64,000 nucleotides of DNA, from assembly GCA_003457135.1 (NCBI GenBank), contig DMSQ01000014.1, positions 10,759 to 74,758 of the forward strand, read 5' to 3'. The DNA comes from Prolixibacteraceae bacterium (lineage in GTDB: Bacteria; Bacteroidota; Bacteroidia; Bacteroidales; Prolixibacteraceae). This document shows positions 51,834 through 61,543 of this stretch, in pieces (positions within the stretch are counted from its first letter, which is position 1; the number at the start of each line of letters is the position of its first letter). The notes beneath the pieces are model-generated. The model was not told the DNA's origin. It worked only from the letters and a program-made list of their open reading frames with translations, and ran no database searches. Both the position numbers and the translations under genes were made by a program.

Positions 51834-53054
51834 ATGAGAGTTATTATATCGTCATTTTTATTCAGCTTTTTTGTTATTGTGTTTCTTATTGAACTCATCT
51901 CCTATTTTGGAATTCGGGTCCTAGTCAAGCAATTCTCAAAAAAATTAGGGGCTTACCTTTCGATTATCTATATAATAGTTGGAATTGCTGTATTGGGGTT
52001 ACTGCTCTATTCATTCTCAAATCCAAATGCCATCAGGCAAAGTCAGAATTATTCGTTTGTTTTTTTTGTTATCTCAATTTCCATTTTATACCTATTGCCT
52101 ATTTCCTTTCTTGCTTTTATGACCATTCTTTCTTATCTGGTTCGCTGGGTAACAGATAGACAAAAGCAGTTATTAATTCTGGCAGCTTCGTTTCTGATAA
52201 GTACCGGAATTTTCATGATGATTGCTCATGGAATTTTATTTGGGAAATACAACCTGAATGTAGTGAAACGCGAGCTCTGTTTTCCTGATTTGCCCGAACA
52301 ACTTAACGGTCTTAAAATTGTTCAGATTTCTGATTTTCACCTTGGTACTTTTGGTAAGAATCCGACCATTATAAAACAAACTTTGGATATTCTGTTGAAG
52401 TTAAAACCTGATATCCTGTTTTTTACCGGTGATATCGTGAATAATTTAAGCGTTGAAATGGATGGATTTAAGCCTTATTTGAAACAGTTTCCAGCCCTGT
52501 ACGGCAAATTTGCAATTCAAGGTAATCACGATTATGGCGATTACTCCCAGTGGCCTGATTCCGCAAGTAAACTGAAAAACCTTGCTTTAATTAGAAACGG
52601 TTTTACTGACGCTGGTTTCGATTTACTTCTGAACCGCTGGACAAAGCTTCAAATCAAAGACACCTCCATTTGTATCATTGGGGTTGAAAATTGGGGACAT
52701 CCTCCATTCCCGCAATATGCCCGGCTGGATTTGGCACTGGACAGCATACCTGCCAATTACTTCAAAATACTTTTATCGCACGATCCGGCACACTGGCAGG
52801 CAAAAGTTGTTCCTGAGACGGATATTCCTCTTACACTCTCGGGGCACACCCATGGAGGTCAGTTCGGAATTAAAATTGCCGGAATTGAATTCAGCCCAAT
52901 TTATTTTTTCCAAAAGAATTGGGGCGGACTCTATCAGGCTGATAACCAGTTTCTTTATGTGAACAGAGGACTTGGCTGCATCGGACTCCCAGCCCGTATT
53001 GAAATGCGGCCGGAAATCACTGTTCTTACTTTAAGGCGAACTAAAAGCCATTAA
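51834..53054 (+). CDS. Membrane-anchored metallophosphoesterase
   Basis: SDFH, TGD, GNHD, LSHDP, GHTHGGQ, NRGLG; N-terminal TM helices. Confidence 0.9.
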   Translation: MRVIISSFLFSFFVIVFLIELISYFGIRVLVKQFSKKLGAYLSIIYIIVGIAVLGLLLYSFSNPNAIRQSQNYSFVFFVISISILYLLPISFLAFMTILSYLVRWVTDRQKQLLILAASFLISTGIFMMIAHGILFGKYNLNVVKRELCFPDLPEQLNGLKIVQISDFHLGTFGKNPTIIKQTLDILLKLKPDILFFTGDIVNNLSVEMDGFKPYLKQFPALYGKFAIQGNHDYGDYSQWPDSASKLKNLALIRNGFTDAGFDLLLNRWTKLQIKDTSICIIGVENWGHPPFPQYARLDLALDSIPANYFKILLSHDPAHWQAKVVPETDIPLTLSGHTHGGQFGIKIAGIEFSPIYFFQKNWGGLYQADNQFLYVNRGLGCIGLPARIEMRPEITVLTLRRTKSH

Positions 53055-55941
53055 AATCAACTGAAACTAACAGATTAAAGGTGAAATCCTTAAATTCAGG
53101 ACGATATACCGATCTGAAACCTAATTCAAAAGGAGCAAAAAACCGCAAAAAGTGAACATCGGAAGTTAGTTCAAATCCTATAGATTTAAGTTGCATTTCA
53201 TGGTCATTCGGAAAAATGGTTCCATTTTTATCGGCCACTGGTACTGAAAGCCAGGCATAATCATAGAAAACTGATGATTTCAACCGTTTGATATATGCCA
53301 GTTTGCCAATATTAAGATCAGGATAACAAATTGGGAATTTATAATCGGCTGACAATGAATATATTTTGTTGTTTTGATATCCACCGAAACCTCTTGGGAA
53401 GTGTACGAAATTTGAAAAGTTATAGTTATGAGTAAAACTCTTTTCCTGATATCCCTGATAAACTCTTAACCCGGAGTTCCTGGTCATTCCCGGAAAATAA
53501 AGTACCGACTGAATACCTGCCAGAGTCCCCAGATCATTACCAATAAATGGTGTGTACCGGTAAATAAGATCGAACTGTTGACCCCATCTGGGCATTATAT
53601 TTTGGGTTGATTGGTGCAAGAGATTATAGAAATAGAGCCTGTAAGCCAGGGCATGATAATTACCAGAGTAAAAATTTTCAGGAGTTGATCCGTTGTGCAA
53701 CACCTGATTTAAGGTATATTTAACTTCAGGATAAAAAATTCGTGAATATTTACCTTTTGAGAAATTAAGCGGCAACCGGATATCAAAATCAGCCGTTAAT
53801 TCTTTCCAGCTAAACCGTTGAACTATCGTATCACTTTTTATTATCTGATTGAGTTTATTAACCGTATTCGTAATTTGAAAATAATTTGAAGCTTCGTTAC
53901 CAAAGGACAATTCTGCATTTATTTCAGGAAATAATCCGGAATAGCTAAATCCAAGTTTATACCGGCCAGTTCGGTCAGCAACATTATAATCGTATCCCAG
54001 CCGGGTTTCAGCAGTGCCAAGCTTATTCTGCGAAAACAGTGAAACGCCGGGCCTTATTTCGTAACTGTTGACATCGATATATGCTGGAGCCCAACTATGA
54101 AAATTAAACAAATGACCTATTTTCGAATACTTCTTTGATTCATACTTCACCGAATCCGGGTTTGAAAAATCAGGGATGCCATTTTCCTGAGCAGCAAGAT
54201 TGTCGGCAAGTGAATCGGCGCCTAACTGAATATTTTCAATCTCTTTTTTCCTGATAATTTGGTCAGTTTGAATGGTTGCAAGCTGATAGCCCGCAGAGGT
54301 ATAATGGCTAAAAAGTACTTTAGTTCCTGAAATTGACGGATAGTCAGCCCCGAACCGAACTGATACAATTTCTGATATTCGATTACTTTCTACATCAATC
54401 GAATATAGATTGTCTGTTCCCGAAAAATCAGCAGAAAAGTAGATCAGTCCTTTGGAAAAAACCGGGTTTTTCAGATTGGCAAAGGTATTTACAGTCAATG
54501 GTTTGATCTGTTTGGATTTAAGATCGGCCGAAGCCAGATATTTCCCTTTTGCCGACAAACAAACTACATACAACTTCTCCGCTTTTTCGTCCCAGCATGG
54601 GGTAAAAAAATATTGATTATCATTGGTTTTGTAACGGGCTTTCAGTTCGCCGGTTGTTAAATCAAAAACTGACAGATAAAAATTGTTTCCCGGATCAACT
54701 TCTACCGCTGCGAACGATTTTAAATCAGGCGAAATTACCGGACTGAACAGCTTGTTCTCATTTTTAATTTCCTGTAATACTTTGTTCGCGATGTTGTAGA
54801 TCTGAATGACCGACCGGTCAGAATGAGACCACCGGAGGTCGGCCCGTCTTTCAGCCCAAATAATCAGGTTGCCTTGCAGTGAAACTGATTCTTCGAAAAT
54901 TTTTCCGGGCGTATAAATTACTTTTTCACTTTTATCAGGACTAATAATAACAAAACGGCCAATATCATCCATTGAAGTTCGGTAAGCAATAATCAGTGAA
55001 TCGCGATAAAATTCCGGATACAAATATTCAGTATAGCTCTCTCGTCGTGGCGAAACTATTGAAATTGAATCAATTATCTTTCTATTTATGTTTTCCTTCC
55101 ATTCCTGAGTGAGCTTGTCAAATATGCCTGAATACATTTGTTTGGTCGAAAATCCGCTCGATTTCTTTAATGAGGAATTTAGTGGGGTCAGTGAATAAGG
55201 TTGCTTACCGATTTTTTTCAAAGCGTTGGACCAAATTTGAGGCCCGAATTTTTCCCGACTTTTTCCAACCATCCAATAGCCTAATTTATAATGATCGGGT
55301 ACAAAATCTTTGTAAGAGCCCAGGAACGCTTTGTCGAAAGAATATTTTCCTAATTCGGCTAATTGCGCTTTGTGTTCCATACTAAAGGAGGCCAGTCTTC
55401 CGCGACCTGAATTTGACAGGGCAGTTTCGGTAACCACAGCATCGCCTTCTAAAAACCAAAATGGCAAGTAGGTTCCAACAATAATAGCAGTAGCCTGTTC
55501 ACCTAATATAGCTTTCACTATTCCGGGCATTTCACTTTGAATTTTATCCATCTGGACCAAATGCCTGAATTCGTGCAAAGCCAGTTGTTCGAGCCAATCC
55601 TGAGCATAAATTTGCTGGTGTGGGGTTGTGAAAAGCTCGATTCGTTTAGGTGCCCAGGCCATTAATCCATTCGATTTTACTGTACGGGTGTGCAAAACTA
55701 CCGAAACCTGGTGTGGACGAAAATCCAACGATTTTGAGCCATAGCCGTAAACTTTTTCAAGCACATAAGAAATTCGTTGTGCCTGTATTTCAAACTCTTC
55801 CGGATAAATGACCTGAAAATTCAAGGTATTGATCTGTCGCCACCTGATTTGCGAAGGGTCTTGGCCGGTTTGAAAATACTGCGCCTTCGCAGAGAGATTG
55901 TATATGAGAACAAAAAAAATTAGTATCGGTAATTTCTTCAT
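53041..55941 (-). CDS. Outer-membrane protein: zinc-peptidase-like domain, beta-propeller and probable beta-barrel
   Basis: Signal peptide, HEFRH plus WFLEG, SPD-type repeats, C-terminal Phe. Confidence 0.7.
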   Translation of the reverse strand: MKKLPILIFFVLIYNLSAKAQYFQTGQDPSQIRWRQINTLNFQVIYPEEFEIQAQRISYVLEKVYGYGSKSLDFRPHQVSVVLHTRTVKSNGLMAWAPKRIELFTTPHQQIYAQDWLEQLALHEFRHLVQMDKIQSEMPGIVKAILGEQATAIIVGTYLPFWFLEGDAVVTETALSNSGRGRLASFSMEHKAQLAELGKYSFDKAFLGSYKDFVPDHYKLGYWMVGKSREKFGPQIWSNALKKIGKQPYSLTPLNSSLKKSSGFSTKQMYSGIFDKLTQEWKENINRKIIDSISIVSPRRESYTEYLYPEFYRDSLIIAYRTSMDDIGRFVIISPDKSEKVIYTPGKIFEESVSLQGNLIIWAERRADLRWSHSDRSVIQIYNIANKVLQEIKNENKLFSPVISPDLKSFAAVEVDPGNNFYLSVFDLTTGELKARYKTNDNQYFFTPCWDEKAEKLYVVCLSAKGKYLASADLKSKQIKPLTVNTFANLKNPVFSKGLIYFSADFSGTDNLYSIDVESNRISEIVSVRFGADYPSISGTKVLFSHYTSAGYQLATIQTDQIIRKKEIENIQLGADSLADNLAAQENGIPDFSNPDSVKYESKKYSKIGHLFNFHSWAPAYIDVNSYEIRPGVSLFSQNKLGTAETRLGYDYNVADRTGRYKLGFSYSGLFPEINAELSFGNEASNYFQITNTVNKLNQIIKSDTIVQRFSWKELTADFDIRLPLNFSKGKYSRIFYPEVKYTLNQVLHNGSTPENFYSGNYHALAYRLYFYNLLHQSTQNIMPRWGQQFDLIYRYTPFIGNDLGTLAGIQSVLYFPGMTRNSGLRVYQGYQEKSFTHNYNFSNFVHFPRGFGGYQNNKIYSLSADYKFPICYPDLNIGKLAYIKRLKSSVFYDYAWLSVPVADKNGTIFPNDHEMQLKSIGFELTSDVHFLRFFAPFELGFRSVYRPEFKDFTFNLLVSVDFNGF

Positions 55942-56132
55942 CTATTCAGTTTGATAAAATAAACAGCTTTACTTTCGCTCTTGCCCCAAAATGATTAAAA
56001 GCGAAAATTTAAATCTAATGAAATAATATTTAGCAGCAATATTTGTCGCTTGATTCGAACTGACATTTTCAATTCAGAATAAAAACTTCGATTTTGAGTT
56101 CATATTTTATTGAACAGAAAGTTGACACGATA

Positions 56133-58256
56133 ATGCCCTATTTAGCCAAGTTTGTTAATTTTGACTCATTCTTAAATTCAGAGCAATTGGAAATTAGTTT
56201 TGATCACCGTTTTGCCGGACTTTTCGTTTTGTTGGCCGTGTTATTGGCTGCAGGTATCAGTTATCTGCTTTATTTCAGGAATTCACAGAATTCCAGTTTA
56301 AGCAGCTATCAGAAGATTTTTCTGGTTGTGATGCGGTTTTTATCCCTTTTTCTTGTTTTTCTGTTTCTCCTTTCTCCACTGATGGAGCGACAAAAGAAAA
56401 TCAGTCAGTTACCAATCCTGGCTGTCGCTTTCGACAATTCACAATCGGTTCAGGCGTATGGTCCATCGTTTGGTCAGTTTAAGCAAAGCCTGAAAGATCG
56501 TTTTGCAGATGATTATCAGTTGGAATTCTGGTCGTTTGGAGAAAAAACTGAAAATAAAGAGGATTTCACCGGGACTGATCGGCGTTCAAATTACGGAAAA
56601 CTACTTAAATCACTAAAAAATAACTACATAAATAAAAATATTGGAGCTTTGATTTTGCTGGGCGACGGCATTTACAATCAGGGACAAAATCCCGAAAACC
56701 TGGCTTCAGGACTTAAATTTCCGGTTTACACGCTGGGCGTTGGCGATACTACCCTGAAAACCGATGCGTTGATCAGAAATGTAAAGACCAACAAAATTGC
56801 TTTTCTGAAAAATAAATTTCCGGTTGAAATTGAATTTAAGTTTTCAAATTTGAAAGACCAAATTGCCTACATTGACATTGAAAACGATCAGAAACAAGTC
56901 TATTCAACTACTGTGTCAATTGTTTCGGATGATGATTTCAAGCTCGAATTTGTCAATCTTGAAGCTGCAAAACCCGGATTGCAACATTACAAAATAAAAA
57001 TCAGGCCATTCGATGGAGAGGCTAATCTTAAAAACAATGAGTATGAATTTGTGATCCAGATTTTGGAGAACAAACAAAAAATCTTAATGCTCAGCGACGG
57101 CCCGCATCCTGATTTAGGCGCTATTCGCACCAGCGTTTCCGAACTTCAGAACTATGAAATAAAACTACTTACAGGGAATAGTGTTCCTGATAGTCTTTCA
57201 ACTTTCAGCCTGATTGTTCTGAACCAGTTGCCCTCCATAAAAAATGCGGCCAGCAGCTTGCTAACCCAAATTAAAGCGAGTCGAATCCCGGTATTGTTTC
57301 TCATCGGACCGAATTCGCTGCTCGAACAATTGAATTCGCTGGACATGGGACTGAAAATTTCGGCCAGTAAAAACACGGAAGAAGTTCAGGCTTTATTTGA
57401 AATCAACTTCCCGCTTTTTGTGCTTTCCGAAAGCGCCCAAGAAACTCTTTCAATGGCTCCTCCCCTCGTTGCTCCTTTCGGAAGTACAGAACTTTCGCCC
57501 CTGATGCAAAACCTGGCTAAGCAAAGCATCCGAAACATACAGACCAACAAGACCCTGATGGCTTTTGGAACGGACAAAGGCCGCAAATTCGGATTTATTT
57601 TGGGCGAAGGCCTTTGGCGATGGAGGTTATACAATTACCATGCAAATGGAAACCACGAGGCATTTAACGAATTCGTTCAAAAAATCATTCAGTATCTGGC
57701 GCTCAAACAAAATGAAGATAACTTCAATGTTTACTACCCTGCTATTTTTCAGGAAACTGACCAGATAGAACTGATTGCGGAACTGTATAACGACAGCTAT
57801 GAACTGATTAACACTCCGGATGTAAATATCAGGATACAGAACGACAGTCTCCGGGAATTCAGTTACCAATTCGACCGGAGCAATGATTTCTACCGGCTAA
57901 ATGCCGGAAATATGAAACCTGGCGACTATACTTTCGAAGCCGAGACCCAACTGGGAAATCAACATTTTACTGAACAAGGAAACTTCAGCATCGTGAAAAA
58001 TGACATTGAAATACAAAATACAAGCGCTGATTTTGGTGTTTTATATCAGTTATCAGCAAAAACAGGAGGCCAGTTTAATACATTCAATAATTATGGCACA
58101 TTACTTGATATAATCGGCCAAAACAAACAAATTGCAGTTCAGCAGCATCAGCTTACCTTTCAAAACGAATGGATCAATTTGAAGTTGCTTTTTTTTATGC
58201 TCCTTGTTTTGTTGGGCGCTGAGTGGTTTTTCAGAAAATATTGGGGCATTTATTAA
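56133..58256 (+). CDS. VWA-like membrane-anchored protein (start uncertain)
   Basis: N-terminal TMs, DNSQS MIDAS-like, LGDGIYNQG, Ig-like and GATase-like regions, EWFFRK C-terminus. Confidence 0.7.
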   Translation: MPYLAKFVNFDSFLNSEQLEISFDHRFAGLFVLLAVLLAAGISYLLYFRNSQNSSLSSYQKIFLVVMRFLSLFLVFLFLLSPLMERQKKISQLPILAVAFDNSQSVQAYGPSFGQFKQSLKDRFADDYQLEFWSFGEKTENKEDFTGTDRRSNYGKLLKSLKNNYINKNIGALILLGDGIYNQGQNPENLASGLKFPVYTLGVGDTTLKTDALIRNVKTNKIAFLKNKFPVEIEFKFSNLKDQIAYIDIENDQKQVYSTTVSIVSDDDFKLEFVNLEAAKPGLQHYKIKIRPFDGEANLKNNEYEFVIQILENKQKILMLSDGPHPDLGAIRTSVSELQNYEIKLLTGNSVPDSLSTFSLIVLNQLPSIKNAASSLLTQIKASRIPVLFLIGPNSLLEQLNSLDMGLKISASKNTEEVQALFEINFPLFVLSESAQETLSMAPPLVAPFGSTELSPLMQNLAKQSIRNIQTNKTLMAFGTDKGRKFGFILGEGLWRWRLYNYHANGNHEAFNEFVQKIIQYLALKQNEDNFNVYYPAIFQETDQIELIAELYNDSYELINTPDVNIRIQNDSLREFSYQFDRSNDFYRLNAGNMKPGDYTFEAETQLGNQHFTEQGNFSIVKNDIEIQNTSADFGVLYQLSAKTGGQFNTFNNYGTLLDIIGQNKQIAVQQHQLTFQNEWINLKLLFFMLLVLLGAEWFFRKYWGIY

Positions 58257-58268
58257 CAGTTTCGAAAA

Positions 58269-59369
58269 ATGCAATATTTCAATCAATTCAAATCCTATCA
58301 GGCATTTATTCTTCTCCTTGCCGGAATTGCCCTTACCTCGTGCAAAAGCAATTTTGCAGTTCTGACTATTGAAAATTCCCGACCATCGTACGAAGAACTT
58401 CCTGCAGATATCCAAAGCATTACACTGATGAACCGGAGTATGAACTCTCAGTTTGAAAATTATCGTGAAGACTCGCTGCAAGTGTATTTTTACCGGAAGG
58501 GCTTTCAGCTTTCAAAAATTATTCTGGATAGTGTTTCATCAGATACTACTATTCGCGCCTTGGCCGAATTATTATTTGAATCGGGCAGGTATGATGTCGT
58601 TGTTCCGCTTGAACGAAATTTACGTCGTGAATTTATTGAATCCGGAAACTATGGTTTCCTTTCTTCTATCGAACGGAATATATCAAAGGAATTATCCTAT
58701 GAACAGCTTCCTGACACTTTAAATCCGTTTATCGTAAAAAAAATATGCAGTGACTTCAATACTGATGCTTTAATAGTACTGGAAAGATACTCAAATAAGG
58801 TAATGGCCGATTACAGCTATGAAAAAGTCGGTGTTAATGATTATCATTATGCTTCGGTTGATGTGAAATATGATGCCTTTTTCAGGATTTATAAACCAGG
58901 TAAAAAAACGCTGGTCAGGGAGATTGAACTGATTGATACCATTAACTGGGAGAGTTCAGATTATAACCAGGTCCGGCTTTTCAGCAAATTACCATCCATC
59001 AAACAGGCGCTGATTAATGCCGGAATAAAAATTGCCCTTGAAGTTGATGAGAAACTCTCTCCTACCTGGATTTCTGAAAAAAGGGGATACTTTCTTTTCA
59101 GCCCTAAAAATGACCGCGGCCAACAATTAATGAACGACAATAATTACGACGAAGCCTGTAAATACTGGACTGAAATGGCTCAGTCAACAAATAAAAAGAA
59201 CAGAAGTAAAGCTGAATTTAACCTTGCCCTGATGAGTGAATTGAATGGTGACATTGACGGCGCATTGGTATGGGGCTTGAAATCTTTTAATTCATACTAC
59301 AGGTATCAGACCGAGGCATACCTAAAAAAGCTAAAAGCGAGGAAGGAAATCCAACAAAAAAACCGATAA
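58269..59369 (+). CDS. DUF6340-like lipoprotein with C-terminal TPR, copy 1
   Basis: Lipobox LTSC, C-terminal AEFNLAL...E..G..D.A. Confidence 0.7.
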   Translation: MQYFNQFKSYQAFILLLAGIALTSCKSNFAVLTIENSRPSYEELPADIQSITLMNRSMNSQFENYREDSLQVYFYRKGFQLSKIILDSVSSDTTIRALAELLFESGRYDVVVPLERNLRREFIESGNYGFLSSIERNISKELSYEQLPDTLNPFIVKKICSDFNTDALIVLERYSNKVMADYSYEKVGVNDYHYASVDVKYDAFFRIYKPGKKTLVREIELIDTINWESSDYNQVRLFSKLPSIKQALINAGIKIALEVDEKLSPTWISEKRGYFLFSPKNDRGQQLMNDNNYDEACKYWTEMAQSTNKKNRSKAEFNLALMSELNGDIDGALVWGLKSFNSYYRYQTEAYLKKLKARKEIQQKNR

Positions 59370-59370
59370 T

Positions 59371-60387
59371 ATGTCACCAAAGTCAGTATTGTTCCTGATT
59401 GTTTTGTTGTTGAGCTTTAGCTCCTGTGTGAGCTATAAAAAGCTTACCATTGAAATCGTTAAGCCTGCCGGATATCTGATTCCCCCGGAAATAAAAAAAC
59501 TGGCTATCGTTTCGCGAAACCTGAAATACGAATCCGATACCTTGCAAAATTATCATGCAAGGAACAGTCACCTGGTAAAAGATAAAATACAGTTCAATCC
59601 TGACAGCCTGGCCCGAAAAACCTGCTTAGACAGCCTTGCCCGAAATTTGATGAAACAGAACCGGTTTGATAGTATCCTGACTTATCCTGTCAACTATTTT
59701 CCTTTGATTCGGGTAAAAAAAATTGGTCCTAACAAAGCCGACTGGTACAAAATAATCACTCAACAAACAAATGCAGATGGGCTGATCATTCTGGATATGT
59801 TTTCATGTTTTTACAGCAATTTGGATAATACAACTGCAAATGTTGTAACTTCAAATATCTGGTCGTTTTATGATGCGAAAAAGCAAAAAATAACTGATCG
59901 TTTTGTTCAGATTGACACCCTGTACTGGGACGGAACAGATGAAAGTGGCCTTAAAAAAATCAGGATACCGGCTAAAAAAGAAGCAATTACACTTGCTGCA
60001 GGGATTATCGGCGAAAACTATTCAAAACACATCCAGCCTTCCTGGACGATGGTTTACCGTGATATTATGGTGTGTAAGAATCCTGACTTAAATCTTGCCG
60101 AAAAACTGGCCCGGAAAAATAATTGGGAAGATGCCTCAGCTATCTGGCAAAAGTATGCAGATGGTAAAAATAAACGGAACCAGATAGTTGCCTTATACAA
60201 TCTGGCCCTTGCCAGTGAAATGAATGGCGATGTTGATCAGGCCATTAAACTTACCGATCGGGCAGCTAAAGTCAGCACAGGCTTTTTTTGGTCACTCGAA
60301 AATGAGGCGGTCCGCAAATATTCGGCAGTACTTTACCAGCGAAAAACCGAACTTAAAAAGCTTAATACCCAATATGAGCTTCCATAG
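59371..60387 (+). CDS. DUF6340-like lipoprotein, copy 2
   Basis: Lipobox FSSC, LYNLALASEMNGDVD. Confidence 0.7.
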   Translation: MSPKSVLFLIVLLLSFSSCVSYKKLTIEIVKPAGYLIPPEIKKLAIVSRNLKYESDTLQNYHARNSHLVKDKIQFNPDSLARKTCLDSLARNLMKQNRFDSILTYPVNYFPLIRVKKIGPNKADWYKIITQQTNADGLIILDMFSCFYSNLDNTTANVVTSNIWSFYDAKKQKITDRFVQIDTLYWDGTDESGLKKIRIPAKKEAITLAAGIIGENYSKHIQPSWTMVYRDIMVCKNPDLNLAEKLARKNNWEDASAIWQKYADGKNKRNQIVALYNLALASEMNGDVDQAIKLTDRAAKVSTGFFWSLENEAVRKYSAVLYQRKTELKKLNTQYELP

Positions 60388-61387
60388 AAATACATTGCTG
60401 CTATTTGTTATCCTCTTTGGACTGACTTCTTGCATATTAACTGAACATATTAATGTGATGCAAGTAGAGGTAATGAAACCAGGCGTATTTATTTTTCCGG
60501 AAAATATTAAGAAAGTCGCTGTTTTCAAGCGTGATTCGTATAAATCTGATACTTGCCTGTTCAAATATCTTAATATTGACGAGATAGTAGCTGATTCAAC
60601 CATCAAATCATCGGATTTGTCGAATCAATGTGTTGATGCACTTGCCGGTTATTTTGACAAAGAAGGCTATTTTCAGGATGTGAAAAATTACCGGGATACC
60701 TTAAATTCTGAATGGAATTCAAATTCCGCTATCTATTCTCCTGAAGAGCTGTACAGTAAATCAAATTCTGATATTTTAATTTTTCTTGACTTCTTTAGAT
60801 TATATGACGTCCTGATCAGCAATTCATTGAACCATCTGCACACATCTGCCAGTTTATCATGGACCATTACAATCAGGAACGATACGGTAGCCTATATCTA
60901 TAATCAGATTGACACCCTGAACTATGATGATTGGCAATTTAAAAATTTTAATCTTGAGAAAGATGGTTTTGAGAAAATTCTAATGGATGCTGCCAAATAT
61001 CTTGGTGAATCGTTTGGAAAAAAAATAATTCCAAGTTGGATACCGGTTGAACGAATGTATTACAAATCGGGCAATCCGGATATGCTGAAAGCTGAACAAT
61101 ATGTCCTATCAAACGAATGGCTGAAGGCTGCCGAAAAATGGAAACCGGAAACCAAAAACAAAAACCCGAAGATAGTTGCCAAAGCGTGTTATAACATGGC
61201 ATTATCCGCCGAAATGGAAGGAGAAATTGATGTTGCCATTGACTGGCTGGTCAAATCTTATTCGGCGCTACCGAAAAATAACCAGGAACACAAAGCCAAT
61301 TGTCAGCGTTACATCAATGTGCTGGCCATGCGAAAAAAAGAGATTGAGCGGTTGGATAAACAGGTTCGGAAACCGGAAAATAAATAA
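60374..61387 (+). CDS. DUF6340-like lipoprotein, copy 3
   Basis: ATG at 60374, lipobox LTSC, CYNMALSAEMEGEID. Confidence 0.7.
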   Translation: MSFHRNTLLLFVILFGLTSCILTEHINVMQVEVMKPGVFIFPENIKKVAVFKRDSYKSDTCLFKYLNIDEIVADSTIKSSDLSNQCVDALAGYFDKEGYFQDVKNYRDTLNSEWNSNSAIYSPEELYSKSNSDILIFLDFFRLYDVLISNSLNHLHTSASLSWTITIRNDTVAYIYNQIDTLNYDDWQFKNFNLEKDGFEKILMDAAKYLGESFGKKIIPSWIPVERMYYKSGNPDMLKAEQYVLSNEWLKAAEKWKPETKNKNPKIVAKACYNMALSAEMEGEIDVAIDWLVKSYSALPKNNQEHKANCQRYINVLAMRKKEIERLDKQVRKPENK

Positions 61388-61543
61388 ACCATATAAACAG
61401 AAGCCTTTAGGATTCAGAGTGAATTGCCATGAATGAAATGTATGGTTATTCATAATCAATCCATTCAGGATTATTTATCCAGATTTCTATGTTTAATCCT
61501 TAGAAAGGGCTATTTTTGAAAAACGAACAAAAAGAAAACCAAT

